Source: a virus
Lineage: Duplodnaviria; Caudoviricetes
Virus record (IMG/VR): IMGVR_UViG_3300027807_000003
Coordinates: 1 to 64,000 of that record
Length of the DNA: 64,000 nucleotides
Direction: 5' to 3' (one strand)
Shown: piece by piece, positions 30,336 through 40,414 of the stretch
Position numbering within the stretch: position 1 is the first letter of the stretch
Layout: the number at the start of each line of letters is the position of its first letter
The notes under the pieces: generated by a model
The model's input: only the letters and a program-made list of their open reading frames with translations
What the model was told of the DNA's origin: nothing
Databases searched by the model: none
Made by a program: the position numbers and the translations under genes

Positions 30336-30668
30336 ATGGACAATTTGTTCAATTTAGAATGTGAATATTTAGGGGGGTTTAGCGATGAAACAGATTTCCC
30401 GCTACTCCCAGGGGATAGAATTCTTGTATATAGGATTATTTGCTTCTGCGTCAGTTTGGGATGTGGATGTAAAAATTTTGAAATCCTTTATAGCTGTGTA
30501 GATGCCCCGGAATTGGGTATTTTAATAGGAGAAGGAATGAATTTTGATCAATACTTAAGACCCTTAAATGGGGGGAATTTAATGTCTTTAATAGGTTATG
30601 CCCGCCATAACCGTGATCCTGAAAAAGATCGAATAATTCAAGCTTTTAGCGATCGCTACCAGATCTAA
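30336..30668 (+). CDS. Hypothetical protein
   Basis: GAGGAG RBS. Confidence 0.65.
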   Translation: MDNLFNLECEYLGGFSDETDFPLLPGDRILVYRIICFCVSLGCGCKNFEILYSCVDAPELGILIGEGMNFDQYLRPLNGGNLMSLIGYARHNRDPEKDRIIQAFSDRYQI

Positions 30669-30671
30669 AAA

Positions 30672-31049
30672 ATGGCTTTGATAATGAGAATTTACTCTAG
30701 CAAACGAAAACGTAGGCGAGATCGACAACACAAGAGAACTAAGGCTAAGCCAATGAAAGTCTATAGTTACAACTACTCTAGTGATACAGGCAATGAATTC
30801 GTAGTTAGTTATGGGGAAGCTGCTGTTATGGCATTAGCAGCTTATTTTGATGATGGTAGTTTTGAGGTCATCGAACCCCCTTCGCAAGAAGAAACAGTAT
30901 CGGGAGTGTGGTACTCCGGTGTTACTTTTACTGTTAGATTTTTGACAAATGGAGAAGTAGAAATTGAAAAAGAAGCAGAAGCGTGTGTTCAGTACCCATA
31001 TTTAGCAGAAACACTGAACGAAATAGAAAGAGTTTTCAAAAAAGGGTAG
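30672..31049 (+). CDS. Hypothetical protein
   Basis: 125-aa ORF; start uncertain. Confidence 0.6.
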   Translation: MALIMRIYSSKRKRRRDRQHKRTKAKPMKVYSYNYSSDTGNEFVVSYGEAAVMALAAYFDDGSFEVIEPPSQEETVSGVWYSGVTFTVRFLTNGEVEIEKEAEACVQYPYLAETLNEIERVFKKG

Positions 31050-31055
31050 TACACC

Positions 31056-31880
31056 ATGCAAAAGTCTTATAAGATGCCAAGCAACTATTTGTCTTGGCCA
31101 TCTTTCCTGAAGCATAGGGAACTCCTGAGCTATGTTCCCACCATCAAAAATACCTCATTCACTTCCCCCTCCGTAGGGGGAAATTTGGCATATCTATATG
31201 AATTCTGGTCACAGGGCGGGTACCCAGTCTACTGCGTCCGTGATTCTTTGCTGGAAGATATGCAGCAAACAGATGTCGGTGAGAAGCTGGATTTATTTGC
31301 CGACATCAGGTTGGCAATGCCATCTTACGTGTTGTTCTTTCCCAGGAAGTCGGTGAAATCTGTATCTGGGGATGGGGGATTTATTGATTACGTGATAATC
31401 AACCACGAAGAAATAGTAGATCACCCAGATTACAAGTATGTAATTACTTGGGGAGCGATCGACTCTAAGGGGTGTATGTTCTTCAGTGGTAAGCAAATTA
31501 GGAGGGATGGAACCCTCAAAAGTTCCTACTTTACTACAGATGACGAAGAACAGCGGAAAGCTACGTTATCGCTACGCAATATAGTTCTTCAGTCGATTCT
31601 CCTCCTCCAGTATTACCCAAACATTGAGGAGGAGATGACATCCTTGCCGATATCCCCATCTAAAGCTAGGGGCTTCACCAAGCCACCAGAGGAAGATAAC
31701 AGCGCAGCGGATACTTTGTTCCCTCGGTGGTTAGGGCGGGAGTGCCATGTCCCAAAAGCAAATGCTACTATTACGGGGAGTGGTAGATCGAAAAGCCCCC
31801 ATTTTCGTAGAGGGTATTGGCGGCGAAGAAATAATAAAATTATCTGGGTTCGCCCATGTGCCGTAAACCATGACGTTTAA
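31056..31880 (+). CDS. Phage protein with C-terminal SPHFRRGYWR...WVRP motif
   Basis: Motif common in uncharacterised phage proteins. Confidence 0.75.
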   Translation: MQKSYKMPSNYLSWPSFLKHRELLSYVPTIKNTSFTSPSVGGNLAYLYEFWSQGGYPVYCVRDSLLEDMQQTDVGEKLDLFADIRLAMPSYVLFFPRKSVKSVSGDGGFIDYVIINHEEIVDHPDYKYVITWGAIDSKGCMFFSGKQIRRDGTLKSSYFTTDDEEQRKATLSLRNIVLQSILLLQYYPNIEEEMTSLPISPSKARGFTKPPEEDNSAADTLFPRWLGRECHVPKANATITGSGRSKSPHFRRGYWRRRNNKIIWVRPCAVNHDV

Positions 31881-31892
31881 TCTTTAATCTAG

Positions 31893-31926
31893 AGAGCTAT
31901 TTCTTAACAGGAATAGCTCTATTTTA
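31893..31926 (+). terminator. Intrinsic terminator
   Basis: AGAGCTATT...AATAGCTCT followed by ATTTT. Confidence 0.65.
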
Positions 31927-32097
31927 TTAGAGGTATTATAATAGAATAATGCCTCTATAATTACTTAAAAAGATTGATATTATTACCTATTTCTGTTACT
32001 ATTAATAAGGTATTGTTCAGAGAAACCCGTCTGGTCGCCCGTTCTTTTACGGGTGACTTTTTCATGTTTTTAACTATCTAAATAATAGGAGATTATT

Positions 32098-35000
32098 ATG
32101 TTTGCAATCACCACAGCGATCGCTCAATCACTGCTGTCCGCTACACCAAAACAAAGATGGGAGAATAACAAAAAAGCTATAGAATCCCTCAAGCTTGGGG
32201 GGAATATAGCTGATTTAGCTTTATTTAATGGTTGGGGTTCCATCCCCGAAGTATTTAGCTTAAATCCTGAAAAAGGATGGGCGGCTAATGCTCAAGCAGA
32301 GCTAAAGGTACTTTTAGGTGAAGAGGGGTATAACAGTGCTGCCGCAAGTATTCTCAACGCTCACTACACCTCCCCCGAAGTTATCTCAGCTATGTGGAGA
32401 ATGGTTGAGCGATTAGGTTTTGCTGGTGGCAGAGTTCTAGAACCAAGCTGTGGAACAGGGATGTTCTTTGGCTTGATGCCTGAAGATATGAGGGAAAGAT
32501 CTAAGTTGTTCGGCGTGGAAATAGACCCCATACCAGCACAGATCGCCCAAGCTTTGTACCCCAAGTCACGCATATATAATTATGCGTTCCAAGATGTAAA
32601 ATACCCTGATGGGTATTTTGATCTAATTATTGGTAATGTGCCTTTTGGGTCTTATGGTGTGCATGACCCTAAATATAATTTCTTAAATACAGGTATTCAT
32701 AATTATTTTCTAGCCAAATCTTCTGATTTAGTTCGCATTGGTGGGCTAGTTTGTATTCTTACCTCTAACTACACCTTAGATGCTCGTGGTTCCCAAGATT
32801 TCCGGGAATGGTTAGGTGGTAGACAAAAAATGAAATTGTTAGCGGCACTTCACCTGCCCATTGGAATATTCAAGCAAATATCCAGAACAGAGGTCAGCCC
32901 ACTGCTGCTGATATTCCAGAAACTTGCACTTAGCGAGGGAACTAACTCTAAAGATTGGGCAGGGACTAAAGAAGTTTTGATCAAGCCCCATGAATGGAGC
33001 GATGATAACGACTCACCACAGGTAGAAGCTGACCTTAATCAGTGGTTTGTAGGTGAATTCCAAGGTAGACGCTTAGACTACGGATATAGTCAGCTTGCTA
33101 AATCCACCCCCTACTGGGCAACGAAGAAAGGATACGATGACCCCCACAAATTGCTGGGAAGACCAGGGGTGAATAAGCTTTACGGGAATGGATTTGCTCT
33201 GTACGAAGATGGGAGAGACGTAATTGCTGCCCTTGATGGATTCCCCCTACCTGCTGTCTACCAACCTGCGGAAGTAATTCAGGAAGTGCTACTAGTCCCT
33301 CCATCGCTCTTATCCGTGAAGGACGGATCACTATGCCTTCACGAGGGGAAAATCTACCAGCGGGTAGGTGGGAGTTTGCAGTATACAAATGTGGAACAGC
33401 TAAGGGTGAAAGCCTTCTGGCAGTTACGGGAAGTTTTGCTACAAACCATTGAGGCTCAACAGTCTGGTGACGATGACACCCTGCTACAGTGCCAAGCTGA
33501 TTTAGCCACAGAATACCGCCACTTTACCAAGGAATGGGGTCTAGTCAACAGTAAAGAAAATATCAGTAAGCTAGGTGTTGACCCTAATTACTTCTTGGTG
33601 CGATCGCTAGAAAAGTCTGATAAATCTTTAGCTGATATCTTCTACAAGCGAGTATGTCGCACTTACTCTGTGGGTGAAGTGGATAATTCCAAGGATGCCC
33701 TAATTCACTCACTCAACTCCAAAGGTGTACTCGATCTAGAGTTCATGTCACAAATCAGTAATATTGACAAAAATGAACTAGTTAGACAGCTAGATGCTGA
33801 AGATGTGATTTACTGGAATCCCACAGATACCCAGTGGGAGTTAAAGGCAGATTACCTCAGTGGTAATATTCGCCAAAAACTAGAAGCTGCGAAAGCTGCC
33901 GAAATCACCAAAAATATTCAAGCACTAGAAAAAGTCCTGCCCTTGGCTATGCTTCCCGATGCCCCAGATCATGTTAAGTTCCTTTGCTTGGATAACTTAG
34001 GAGTGAAATGGGATCAGCTATCAGATGATGAGCGTGACAAGATTCTGGGTAAGAAAATCTACGTCACCATTGGAACAAGCTGGATCAAACCTGATATCTA
34101 CACTCAATTTGCTAGAGAAGTTCTGAATATTAAGGTGAAAATAACCCACACAGTTGCTGCTAATACCTCATTTTGGAGTGTAGATGGGCAAAACACAGAT
34201 AAGCAGCAGTTTGGTACAGAACATTTAAGCAGTACACAAATTCTGTCTAGGGGATTAAACCAGCAAGATCCAAAAGTGATAATCTATAACACTGATGGTA
34301 GTGGGGTTAATTACTCACTTTCTGCTGAAGCGACAGAGGAAGCTAGGGGTAAGTTAACTATCATCAAAAACGCCTTCAAGGAATGGATTTGGGGCGATCA
34401 GCAGAGATGCATTGAACTGTGTACCTACTACAACACCCACATTAATGTTTACGCCGAAAGGAAGTTTGATGGTAGTTATCTACATTTACCAGGGTCTAAT
34501 CCTAGTATCAAACTCAACCCTTGGCAGTTGAGCGCGATCGCTCGTATTCTCAACAATCAACGAGTGATGCTTGCTCATGATGTAGGATTTGGTAAAACAT
34601 TCATCATGATCACCGCTGTTATGGAGTGTCGGCGATTGGGGTTAGCCAGAAAACCAATACTAGTAGTGCAAAAGGGCAACGTCGCTCAGGTAGTGAACGA
34701 CTTTAAGCTACTTTATCCCTTGGCTAATTTACTAGTCCCTGACAAGTTAGATGCTGGGGGACGGAAATTATTTACTGCTTCTATTCTCACGGGTGACTTT
34801 GATTGTGCAATTGTCACCCACCCCCAGTTTTTCACCTTATCGCTCTCAGAAAACTACCAAGTAGCGTTCTTAAAAGAACAGGTAAACATCCTGACAGAAT
34901 TGATCAAAGATGTAGACGACCGGGGAACTACTAAACATCTTCAGCGCCAAATTAGAAATATTGAAAATCGCATCGAGAAGGTAACTGCTTCTCACCGCAA

Positions 35001-37323
35001 AGATAACCATATTGAGTTTGACGGGCTAACTGATTTTCTGTTAGTTGATGAAATCCAAGCATGGAAAAACTTGGAAGTTATCACCAAAATGTACAACGTG
35101 CGTGGCTTACCCAGTGGCGGATCTCAGAGAGCGATCGACTCTTGGATGAAAGCTTTGGTCGTACTGGGTGATTTAGTTGGTTCTGCCAACAAAGTTAAAG
35201 GTAAGTTAGTGGGAGCAACAGGTACAATCCTGAGTAACTCAATGGCTGAGTTATTTACTTGGATGCGAATGTTTCAGTTACCAGAACTCAAGCGATTAGG
35301 GATTGAGAACTTTGACGAGTGGGCGAGTATGTTCGCTGAACCAACAGCAACCGCCGAAATAACGGCCGGAGGAAAGGTGAGAGTTATTACCCGCTTTAGG
35401 GAATTTCACAACCTTCAAGCATTACGAGGGGTGATGTCACAATTTTTAGATTTAGTGACAAATAAAACCACAAACAACGGGTTAAAACGCCCTGATGCCG
35501 AATTTATTGATGTTGTTACCCCACCTAGTGATACTCAACTTGAGTTTTTACGGGAAGCTTTGAGCAGGGCTGAAGCGATATCTAAGGGTATGGTTCCCCC
35601 TGATCAAGATAATATGCTGAGTGTCACGTCTGATTTAGTTAAGTGTTCCCTCAGTCCCAAGCTAATCGGCTATAACGAGGAAGCCCTAGATAGCAAAGTG
35701 CATGAATGTATCTGGAACGTGTGGCAAATATGGCAGGCAACCACACCGATCAAAGGTACGCAGTTAATATTTAGCGATGGTGGTACACCTAAACCAGACA
35801 AGTATAATGTGTACCAATATATCAAAAATATGCTCATAGCTTTGGGTATACCCGATCGCCAAATCGCTTTTATTCATGATTATGATGGGCAAACCAAGCG
35901 GGCTAAGTTGTACAGGATGATTGAATCTGGGGAGATTCGCATCATCCTCGGTAGCACAGAAAAACTCGGAACTGGTTGTAATGTCCATCAGCGAGGGATA
36001 TGGGCAGCACACCACCTTGATGCACCTTGGCGTCCTGCCGACTTAATCCAACGGGAAGGGCGATCAATCCGCCAAGGTAATGGACAGCTAATTGGCAAAA
36101 TCCTCACTAAAACATGGGTATTCCGCTATGTAGTGGAACGACTAGACGCACTCCGCTGGCAAACACTCCATACCAAGCAGCAGGCGTTTACTCAGTTCTT
36201 GGATGGGGTAGAGCTAGACTCAATGGAAGACGTAGGCTCAGTGGATGCCTACTCCTACGCTCAAGTAAAATCCTTGGCCACTGGGAACCCCCTGCTTATA
36301 GAGGAAGCCAATCTACGAAACCAGCTAAACGCCCTAATCATTCAACAACGGGCGCATGCTCGTCAACAGCTAGGGATTGAGTACACCCTGACCGATTGGC
36401 AACGACGGGTTGAAGATACCCAAGCACGGCTAAAATTCCTCAAGGATGATTTACGCCTTATCCACAATATTAATGATGTATCTAATACCGAAGTAGCCGA
36501 AATAAATATCGCTGTCACAGACTTCTTGGAAAACCCGTTGTATGAAAATACCTACCTTGGGGATTATCGTGGTCTAGAGGTATATGCTAAAAAATGGCAG
36601 TCAGGGGCTATTGATGCATCCCTCAAAGGAAACCTAACTTACTCGTTACCTTGGTCTTACGGCAAAGATAGACCACTGATCAAACTAAGCAAAGTAAACC
36701 CCGCTGGTAGCTTTAATAGCTTAATTGAGGAACTAAAATTCTTCCAGCAAATCTTAGAGAGTAACCTAGAGACAGCAAAAACCGAGTACGATCGCGCCAA
36801 ATCAATTAAGGGACAAGAGTTTCCCCGACTAGAAGAACTCAACAGTATTAAGCAGCGATTACAAGAAATTGATTTACTCTTAGCCGAGACAGCGATCATA
36901 GTTGAGGAAGAAGCTAAATCTAGTAAGGCTAATTCTGATGATGAAGAAGAGAACCACAGATATTATGATTTTGATGACAAATCAACCGTAGGAAATTGCG
37001 ATATCGACCCTGCGATCGCACAACATTTACTAGAAAGAGAACCGGTAGAAGAATGGCTAAAAGAGATATCAGAAATAGTTAGCAAATATTCAGGATTTGC
37101 TGAGAAAATTGAGCCAGACGATTTACCTGAATTAGAGCTAACCTCTATATCATCAAAACAAGCTGCTAAGAGGAATAGAGCTAAAAAGGTAGGTAAAATA
37201 GAACCCAATTTTAAACAACTACAACTAATAGTGGAACCCGAAGAACTAGACCCTGTGCTAGAATTATCTAAGGCGATAAATGGGATACTTGAATTATTCG
37301 ATTATCGTCAAGAAAGTTGTTAG
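32098..37323 (+). CDS. DarB-like N6-adenine methyltransferase / SNF2-type helicase fusion
   Basis: NAHYT, LEPSCGTG, GNVPF; YLSGNIRQKL; HDVGFGKT, VDE, ATGT.LSNS, HHLDAPWRP, QREGRSIRQGN, KSLATGNP. Confidence 0.9.
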   Translation: MFAITTAIAQSLLSATPKQRWENNKKAIESLKLGGNIADLALFNGWGSIPEVFSLNPEKGWAANAQAELKVLLGEEGYNSAAASILNAHYTSPEVISAMWRMVERLGFAGGRVLEPSCGTGMFFGLMPEDMRERSKLFGVEIDPIPAQIAQALYPKSRIYNYAFQDVKYPDGYFDLIIGNVPFGSYGVHDPKYNFLNTGIHNYFLAKSSDLVRIGGLVCILTSNYTLDARGSQDFREWLGGRQKMKLLAALHLPIGIFKQISRTEVSPLLLIFQKLALSEGTNSKDWAGTKEVLIKPHEWSDDNDSPQVEADLNQWFVGEFQGRRLDYGYSQLAKSTPYWATKKGYDDPHKLLGRPGVNKLYGNGFALYEDGRDVIAALDGFPLPAVYQPAEVIQEVLLVPPSLLSVKDGSLCLHEGKIYQRVGGSLQYTNVEQLRVKAFWQLREVLLQTIEAQQSGDDDTLLQCQADLATEYRHFTKEWGLVNSKENISKLGVDPNYFLVRSLEKSDKSLADIFYKRVCRTYSVGEVDNSKDALIHSLNSKGVLDLEFMSQISNIDKNELVRQLDAEDVIYWNPTDTQWELKADYLSGNIRQKLEAAKAAEITKNIQALEKVLPLAMLPDAPDHVKFLCLDNLGVKWDQLSDDERDKILGKKIYVTIGTSWIKPDIYTQFAREVLNIKVKITHTVAANTSFWSVDGQNTDKQQFGTEHLSSTQILSRGLNQQDPKVIIYNTDGSGVNYSLSAEATEEARGKLTIIKNAFKEWIWGDQQRCIELCTYYNTHINVYAERKFDGSYLHLPGSNPSIKLNPWQLSAIARILNNQRVMLAHDVGFGKTFIMITAVMECRRLGLARKPILVVQKGNVAQVVNDFKLLYPLANLLVPDKLDAGGRKLFTASILTGDFDCAIVTHPQFFTLSLSENYQVAFLKEQVNILTELIKDVDDRGTTKHLQRQIRNIENRIEKVTASHRKDNHIEFDGLTDFLLVDEIQAWKNLEVITKMYNVRGLPSGGSQRAIDSWMKALVVLGDLVGSANKVKGKLVGATGTILSNSMAELFTWMRMFQLPELKRLGIENFDEWASMFAEPTATAEITAGGKVRVITRFREFHNLQALRGVMSQFLDLVTNKTTNNGLKRPDAEFIDVVTPPSDTQLEFLREALSRAEAISKGMVPPDQDNMLSVTSDLVKCSLSPKLIGYNEEALDSKVHECIWNVWQIWQATTPIKGTQLIFSDGGTPKPDKYNVYQYIKNMLIALGIPDRQIAFIHDYDGQTKRAKLYRMIESGEIRIILGSTEKLGTGCNVHQRGIWAAHHLDAPWRPADLIQREGRSIRQGNGQLIGKILTKTWVFRYVVERLDALRWQTLHTKQQAFTQFLDGVELDSMEDVGSVDAYSYAQVKSLATGNPLLIEEANLRNQLNALIIQQRAHARQQLGIEYTLTDWQRRVEDTQARLKFLKDDLRLIHNINDVSNTEVAEINIAVTDFLENPLYENTYLGDYRGLEVYAKKWQSGAIDASLKGNLTYSLPWSYGKDRPLIKLSKVNPAGSFNSLIEELKFFQQILESNLETAKTEYDRAKSIKGQEFPRLEELNSIKQRLQEIDLLLAETAIIVEEEAKSSKANSDDEEENHRYYDFDDKSTVGNCDIDPAIAQHLLEREPVEEWLKEISEIVSKYSGFAEKIEPDDLPELELTSISSKQAAKRNRAKKVGKIEPNFKQLQLIVEPEELDPVLELSKAINGILELFDYRQESC

Positions 37324-37331
37324 TAAAATGG

Positions 37332-37360
37332 TTGACAACTTGACCACTTAAATATATTCT
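37332..37360 (+). promoter_or_regulatory. sigma70 promoter
   Basis: TTGACA-N17-TATTCT. Confidence 0.7.
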
Positions 37361-37436
37361 AGAAATGGGCTGGGTGCGATCAGCCCTGCTAAATCCGCAC
37401 ATCATTAACCAAGTTAATTAAGGAGCAAACAAACAA

Positions 37437-38054
37437 ATGAGATTAGGTAACTACAAAGTAGAAGTAAACGGCGGGCAAGAATCCCAAGAAGGTTACGTGC
37501 TTTTCACTTTAGGAAATCGTGAAGAAAAAGCAACATTCACTATCAACGTCACCAACTTTGGTACAACTGAATGTGATGCAGAGATTAAATTAAATAATTC
37601 TCTAGTTGGGGTCTGGAGGGTAGGACCTGGGGAAACCTACTATATCACCAGGCCTGCTAACAACACAGGGAAATTTACTGTGGGGTTCCGAGATTCGGTT
37701 GTTGGCGCAAAACTAGGTTCACATCAAATTGATAGGGAAGATAGCGGGGTAATTACCGTTATATTCACACCTAACAAAAAAGATGTCCCAAGTATTTATA
37801 GCAAAGGTGTTGATCTTGAAGTAGCTCCCCTTACTAGAAGCCTTACCAAAGGTAGTAAAGGCGTGGATTCAGCCGTCATCGGTCTTTCTGGCACTAGTAA
37901 TCAGAAATTCCGAGAAGTGGGGCCTTTGAGCGATCCTGACTATGCAAAGCAGGTCACAATCAACTTACGATTAGTTGTGTCTGATGCTTCTGATGCTGAT
38001 GACGACATTAGACCGATCACCCCGCTAAGTAATTTAGTACCTCCAGCAATTTAG
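37437..38054 (+). CDS. Hypothetical beta-rich protein
   Basis: 205-aa ORF, AAGGAG RBS. Confidence 0.75.
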   Translation: MRLGNYKVEVNGGQESQEGYVLFTLGNREEKATFTINVTNFGTTECDAEIKLNNSLVGVWRVGPGETYYITRPANNTGKFTVGFRDSVVGAKLGSHQIDREDSGVITVIFTPNKKDVPSIYSKGVDLEVAPLTRSLTKGSKGVDSAVIGLSGTSNQKFREVGPLSDPDYAKQVTINLRLVVSDASDADDDIRPITPLSNLVPPAI

Positions 38055-38135
38055 TAAATCAGGTCAGAAAACCCCCGGATTCATCCTTGGGGTTTTCTGG
38101 CACACATCAACCAAGTTAATTCAAAGAAGGGGAAA

Positions 38136-38240
38136 ATGAAAATGAGCAAGATTAAAGAAGCACTCTCCTTGGACACTCAAGAAGTACGGAATATAGTCAG
38201 AAACCCCACGGATGAATCCGGGGGCTTGAAAAAGTCCTAA
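38136..38240 (+). pseudogene. Truncated 5' copy of gene 38509-38973, interrupted by the omegaRNA
   Basis: MSKIKEALSLDTQEVRNIV versus MSKVKEALSLDTQEVQNIV. Confidence 0.8.
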
Positions 38241-38427
38241 TCTGACCCAACTCACAGTACTTCGCGTACTACGTTATGGGCAAGAGTTAAAGACCTACCA
38301 GGGGATGCGTAGCTAGTCCCGTGCTCTAGAACCGGACGATTAAACATCTTTAAAGGGGTTAAGGAAGTGTCGTCTGGAGAGTACCGACCCATAACATTGT
38401 CAAAGCTCACATTACCCCGAAAGGGAG
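38196..38427 (+). ncRNA. HEARO / IscB omegaRNA scaffold without iscB
   Basis: GTCAGAAACCCC...TCTGAC first stem; CTACGTT; GGGATGCGTAGCTAGTCCC; GCTCT; TTAAACA; GTTATGGG/CCCATAAC pairing; ACATTGTCAAAGCTCACATTAC. Confidence 0.85.
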
Positions 38428-38508
38428 TTTGGTGAGTACCAAGACTTGGTACTCACATATCATACTTATTCTCGCAGAAACCAAGTTAGTTCAAAGAAGA
38501 AGGGAAAA

Positions 38509-38973
38509 ATGAGCAAAGTTAAAGAAGCACTCTCCTTAGACACTCAAGAAGTGCAGAATATAGTCAACTCTCTCAACAGAGAGCGTCCAAAAAACTTAAT
38601 TAAGCAGTATCAGAATGATCTCGCCGAATGGGTCATCCCAAAGTTTCCTCATTTGGGGACTCAAGCGATCGCGGACTCCTTGGCTACTGACCCCCTACCC
38701 GCCTTTAAGGAGGTAGTGAAGAGTATGTCTTTGCTGGAATTACAGGAAGTAATAGAGTACGAAACTCCAACTGGCATCGGACAATACATAGCCTCCGGAA
38801 TCGTTAATGCAGCTGACTTCCTGACACTAGGTTTGGTGGGGAAAGCTATGTACGGGCTGCTAGAGTGGTATTTTGGATTCAAGGTAATTAAGATCTCTAG
38901 TAAAAAGCTTGAGCCACTGAAGAGAGCATTGGTCTACATAGCTCTCCTAGAACTGGTAGGAGAGAATAAATAG
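38509..38973 (+). CDS. Hypothetical protein with a hydrophobic segment
   Basis: AAGGG RBS, ACCAAGTTAG leader. Confidence 0.7.
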   Translation: MSKVKEALSLDTQEVQNIVNSLNRERPKNLIKQYQNDLAEWVIPKFPHLGTQAIADSLATDPLPAFKEVVKSMSLLELQEVIEYETPTGIGQYIASGIVNAADFLTLGLVGKAMYGLLEWYFGFKVIKISSKKLEPLKRALVYIALLELVGENK

Positions 38974-39033
38974 CAGTTCAGGTCACACATATCACACATA
39001 ACCAAGTTAATTCAGTTAATTCAAAGGAAAATC

Positions 39034-39654
39034 ATGCTTTATCTTGTTACTTCCAGACCTGAAGTAATAGAAGAGATACGTAAGTCTCATCCTTGTAATA
39101 TTATCGCAGTCGGCGAACCCATAGCAGGGATTGAGCCAAGGGTAGAACATGGGGATGTCTTCTACTGGAAAAGTGGTAAAAAAGACATCCAGATTGATGA
39201 AATGCCTTTCCCGGTACATTCTTCCCGTCTCGCTTGGGAAGATGGGCCACAAGTCAAATACAAATCGCAATACCCGTGTATTGCAGCATCCAAGCTTACT
39301 GTGGAAAATTATGTCACTGCTGCTTGGATGCAATTGACAAGAGCAGAGATTGTCGAAAACCTTGATCGCCTGAGAGCGATCGCCTACTTCTCCCAAGGGA
39401 ACATAATCCCACCTCCAGAGCTACACTACCTTGAAAGCTTTGCGTTGGGGGTACTGGAATTCTTGGAGCGAGAACAACAGGAGGTCGAAGAACACCGAAG
39501 ACAACTAGAGCATTGGTCTGCCAGCCTTCCGGGTCTGGGAGCAACTGATGCAAGAATCGAAACAAACGAGGAGCTAGTTAACTCGGGATATTTCGCAGTT
39601 AGGACCGATTTTTTGGTGGAAGCTTGCACAGGTTATAGGGGATGGGAGGTTTAA
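39034..39654 (+). CDS. Degenerate paralogue of the DHH-like protein 22828-23871
   Basis: Shares YLVT.R, IQIDEMP.P, AAW.QL, L.AIAY; lacks DHH and DAD. Confidence 0.75.
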   Translation: MLYLVTSRPEVIEEIRKSHPCNIIAVGEPIAGIEPRVEHGDVFYWKSGKKDIQIDEMPFPVHSSRLAWEDGPQVKYKSQYPCIAASKLTVENYVTAAWMQLTRAEIVENLDRLRAIAYFSQGNIIPPPELHYLESFALGVLEFLEREQQEVEEHRRQLEHWSASLPGLGATDARIETNEELVNSGYFAVRTDFLVEACTGYRGWEV

Positions 39655-39656
39655 TC

Positions 39657-39911
39657 ATGGTCAAACTGAAAGATAAGTTTTGTGCAAATGTGGATCAATT
39701 CGTTGATTCACTCGGTATTAATTCAATTGGCAAAGATGAATTAGAGAGAAGGGCGATCGCGTGGTTGCAAGACACCACCGATTGGGAAAGTGTCTTCTAC
39801 TCTGAGAAAGAGTGCGAAGAGTATATTAATGAAATCCTCAAGCAGGAATTCATTAATTACTTGCAAGAAGAGTTCAAATATCTACTTACATTTACCATAG
39901 GTGCAAGATGA
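39657..39911 (+). CDS. Hypothetical protein
   Basis: GGAGG RBS. Confidence 0.65.
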   Translation: MVKLKDKFCANVDQFVDSLGINSIGKDELERRAIAWLQDTTDWESVFYSEKECEEYINEILKQEFINYLQEEFKYLLTFTIGAR

Positions 39912-40345
39912 CTGAAGTTAATCATCCCAAAAGATTGGTAGAACTCTATCGCGCCTTCTACCGTGCAGATAAGCAGTATGATCCAACTGCAAGGAAGGCA
40001 GTACAACCAGTCGCCGAGGGAATTGAGATAATAATTGAAGCTGATCCCAGTTTCAGAAACCCCGACACCTTGACTGATGCTGTCGCGGGTAGATTAGGTA
40101 GGCTAATGGCTCAAATTCACACCTCAACAGGTGCGTTGGGGCGGTGGGTTATAGAAGACTCCGCACAAGAGAGGGAAGCTATTCTAGCTTTTGCCTCGTA
40201 TTTGGTAAAAGATGTTTTTTATGGAGCATTCCAAGGAAGATTGGATTTGTTCCACGGAAGGCAAGCTGATTTGCTTCGTAATACCTGCGAGCTAATTTAC
40301 CGCCAAATACAGGACAAAGAGAATAGAGAATACGGAGAACAATAA
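39908..40345 (+). CDS. cas11d: Stand-alone Cas11d homologue (C-terminal domain of type I-D Cas10d)
   Basis: HPKRLVELYRAFYRA, EADPS, GRWVI, EREAILAFASY, GRQ..LLRNTCELIYR..DKEN; 145 aa. Confidence 0.8.
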   Translation: MTEVNHPKRLVELYRAFYRADKQYDPTARKAVQPVAEGIEIIIEADPSFRNPDTLTDAVAGRLGRLMAQIHTSTGALGRWVIEDSAQEREAILAFASYLVKDVFYGAFQGRLDLFHGRQADLLRNTCELIYRQIQDKENREYGEQ

Positions 40346-40414
40346 CTAACACTTGTAGGCGATCGCACTTTCCCCTGTGGAGGGCGATCGCATCAATAAC
40401 AAATAGGAGGAGAA

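Noticed and set aside
35918-35929. 12-nt match (ATGATTGAATCT) of an array unit to the DarB-like gene
   Set aside because: Short, mid-gene and without the matching upstream RBS part; likely chance
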